Source: Perkinsus chesapeaki ATCC PRA-425
Taxonomy: Eukaryota > Protista > Perkinsozoa
DNA length: 64,000 bases
Direction of reading: 5' to 3'
Assembly (NCBI GenBank): GCA_013115145.1
Contig: JAAPAO010000083.1
Span: 1 to 64,000, forward strand
This document shows, in pieces, positions 60,668 through 64,000 of this stretch (position 1 is the stretch's first letter; every line of letters begins with the position of its first letter). The notes under the pieces are model-generated. The model did no database searches, was not told where the DNA came from, and was given only the letters and a program-made list of their open reading frames with translations. Made by a program: the position numbers and the translations under genes.

Positions 60668-61290
60668 CATGCCCTGTTTCTGGATGATGGCTTACTGTGT
60701 TCACAAGTGGGAGGATGATGTACATGGCACCTGATGGCAAGGGGAGGGAGACAAATCTCACAAGAATCCGCTCGAGACACGTTGGACCACTAACAATGGT
60801 ATACATCTCGCCCGTGAAAATTTTAGGGCTGAGGAGTTTAAGTTGGAATTAGTTGATGATATGGAAATGGTTTATAATAGAAGTGGCATTAAAGTGTTGA
60901 GAATGTCACTTATAAGTGCAATTTCCAACACTGTTATTAAGAGTACGTCCGCTGCTGTAAAAGAAGTATATTTTACTGACTGGAGTTGAGTCCCTTGTTA
61001 CCTCATGTCGCTGTGTGATGGTAGGAGCATCGTTGGCGAGTGAGTGCATCATTTGTCAAGATGGATAGCGCACTTGTATGACCAAAGAAACATCGCCTAT
61101 CGTTAGGGCTATCTTCGGCAATGTTTTAAGTACTGGTTAATCAAGGGCCTTGATTCAAGGCTGTGGAGATATGCACCACAGTGAAATGTTGAGGATCCTT
61201 ACCCTCAGTCTGGGTTCTGTTATCATCGCGAATCACACTGCTGGAGGGTAGATGGTATTGTTATCAGCCCCCCCTTTATTCTTCCCTAAT

Positions 61291-64000
61291 ATGACTGAGC
61301 GTAAGGTTATGAATAAATACTACCCTCCGGACTTCGATCCGTCCAAGCTCTTACCGATGAGAATGGTCAAGAAACCGAGAGTGGAACAGAAAGGTGAGGG
61401 AACTTTCTGACACCTCTAGCTGCTGAGTTGAGCATCAGGCCCGAAGTGCATGAATATCCGAATGATGCTGCCGTTCTCAATGTGTTGCAGTCACTGCGGA
61501 GAGTATCTTTACATTGCAACCAAGTTCAACAGCCGGTAATCGGAAGGTCTCTGGTTCGATTCCTGGTAAGGACATCTTTTTAGGTGCCAAAAACTGCCAG
61601 AGAAGAGCTCTCTAGGATTAAACGTTTATAGATTCTATGGGAAATGCAAGCATTGTTTAGGTGAGAATATACCAGTTTTGGAATATACGTATGAAGTCCT
61701 TTAGGAAGACGACGAAAAATTAGGGAAGTTTCACAAAAATTGAGGAAATTTCGCGAAGGAAATTCCCCTAAAACTAGGAATTTTTTTGGTATCACAAGGC
61801 CATGATTTAGACGGAGCAAGAAAATCGCTGTTCTTCGCTAATGAGGTATATCGGATACACTGACGATGCATGGTTCAAGCTAAGATACATTTTTGTTATT
61901 TCTCAGGCGAATTCACCTTTCGCACTGATCCCGAGCACTCTGATTACGTCCTGGAGACCGGCGGCACACGAACGTGAGTTTCATGCGTATTGTGCGAATT
62001 GTTACATTTAATAGAATGAACAAGAACGACTGCAGGTGTTGCTATTAACAAAAGTATCCGGGTTGGCGAGTCAAAACGTAGCTCTGAGTAGCGGACAAGA
62101 AATTCAGCTTTTTTGCAACGGAAAACGAGGATTGTACGCAGTTGATAAGGAGCCATGAGAAAGGGAATATTCAAGCTAGTGAGAAATGGCGCTGTGCAGT
62201 GTGCAAGCACACGGTAACTTATGCTGCCGACGTGAGGCGAGTCAGGAGAAAACTCAGTGTCTTGGGGAGCAACTTGGAACCGTTTAGAGACGTTTCCGTA
62301 CTCGGATCTCAACGAAGAGATTTTGCCCGTCAGGTACGAAGGCTTCAAGGATGCCGACTTCGCCGAGGCTGAGGTGTCCCATAGGAAAACTGGAGAAGAG
62401 AATGGTAGGTTTGAGGGTGTTGACAGTGGGTGTAGCTAGAGGTGTCAGAATCCGAAACTAAGGCCATGGAGAATAGGATTTATGATACAGCGGAGGAAAT
62501 GCGACGGTTGGATGAATTGGATGAACTGAAGGCAGTTAATCGAAGGTGAGGGATAGTAGGGACGTGAAATGTTAACAAATACACTTCATTTTGCGTTCTT
62601 ATTTTACCTATAGTAAAAAAAGAAAATCATTATTGGTAACCACTTTAAACGCTTCAAAACGCCACGGCACAAGAAGCCTGTAGGGTTGGAGGAATTGTCA
62701 GGGGGGGCAGAAGCGGTAGTGAAGGAAGCCACGGGAGGATGAGCTCCGCGTCACGACATGTATAAAAAGACTGGGGGGATATCTGAGCGGTTAGTGCAAA
62801 TTTGTGCATGCCTCAGGCAAGCTCAGCGGGATGATTTAATCTCCACAGCGTTGGACAAGCTCTTTGATGGTGACGTGTCGGGTCCTGGCGGCAGCAGTTC
62901 ATCGGGTGTTAAGGGGGAGAAGAAGGAGGAGGATGGTGTGAAGAAGGAGGAAGGAGATACAGAGGAGGAGGAGGCAAAGGCGAATGATAAAGGTGAGAAT
63001 GGCGCAGATCATTATCTAATCTCAGGAACAAAAGTAGGGGCTGATGTGGTCGATTTCTTGTGTCATGAAACGTTTACGAGTCTCTTATGCCTACACAACA
63101 TCAATTTTCGATTTTCTCAATTTTCGATTCCTTCAATTATAGCGTTTTCTCGCATTTGCCTGATAAACTTGGACGCGCAATGTGCTACTCGGGGATCAGA
63201 ATTTCTTCGTAGAGCAGAGATATGAAGACCATTATAGGAGATAATCATGTTACTAAGAAACTTAAAAAATATCCCCCTTGGAACGTTCGGTGGTCCTCTG
63301 TGGCTTCTTGCAAGTAACCATTTGAAAAGATTTGGTGGGCGATACTGGAATCGCTATTAAGGGGGATATTTCTGGTTTAAATTATAAGAATATGCGTTAA
63401 TGAATATGCAATACACATATGAACAATGGCCTTGTGTTGCTTTAACTTTTCAACAACTACCATTCATTTACAACATCCTCTAACTAACTTTTGATCAATC
63501 GTGTCATTAATAGCATTTACATCCTTAGTGATCGATGTTGGTATCAAATGTAATAATTTAGTAACGTACATAGTTTATTTGCCAATGCTCATACAGTATG
63601 AGTCATACTGATGGATGGACTGACGGTGCCTCCAATGGATCTTCTGCGATTACCAAGGAAGGCAGTATCTGAGAATTTCGAACGGCGTCGCATGGTTTCG
63701 ATTTGACACGTCATACGTTGGAACAGGAAATGTTTTTATTGGCTTAGATGCCGCTGTGGCCGAGGCAGTGTTCAAGGGTGACATAGAATGGGAACGGGTC
63801 GAAGTTATATCTGATTCGGAGGATGAGGATAAGGAAGAGGAGAAATCGTCGGCAAAGGAGGTGGGAAATATCGAATAACCTGGCATCTACTCTGTATCAC
63901 ATGAAGTGCTGGGCATCGTCTGTCATCATTATGTTATTACTCTCTCCTTAGCCCACGCCTCCACCAGTTCATATAGCCGATGAGATTGAGGCAGCAGCTG
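61291..64000 (+). CDS. YJU2: Splicing factor YJU2/CCDC94/Cwc16 (runs off the window end)
   Basis: MTERKVMNKYYPPDFDPSKL, IRMMLPFSMCCSHCGEYLYIATKFNSR, YRFYGKCKHC, FTFRTDPEHSDYVLETGGTR and MENRIYDTAEEMRRLDELDELKAVNRR. Confidence 0.92.

Overview
Eukaryotic, intron-dense protist DNA, most consistent with an alveolate such as Perkinsus (inferred from 40-100 nt GT-AG introns and gene content; not verified). The six-frame ORF track fragments most genes, so I spliced them by eye and exon limits are approximate. 0-16 kb: four tandem GT31 (beta-1,3-galactosyltransferase-like) genes. Each can be spliced in frame to a conserved Cys-containing C-terminal region and a C-terminal TM helix. 16-21 kb: a GT2-like glycosyltransferase, PIG-V and a membrane protein ending in an SHP-box-like motif. 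22-32 kb: DNAJC2/zuotin and ATP23. 32-41 kb: an accessory zone of transposon relics, a small secreted-protein gene and duplicated unknown ORFs. 41-64 kb: CFAP184/CCDC96, two more small secreted proteins, ETF-QO, a DUF4536-like protein, a helical-repeat/RluA pseudouridine synthase and YJU2. The strongest unexplained signal is a stereotyped 22-bp scar, X[1-7] + reverse-complement(X) + X[2-8], for an arbitrary 8-mer X. I found nine exact copies plus long-armed and decayed variants, and two have the unscarred 8-mer in a paralogous copy. This is the geometry expected from hairpin-type (hAT-like, 8-bp TSD) excision repaired by annealing through the TSD.
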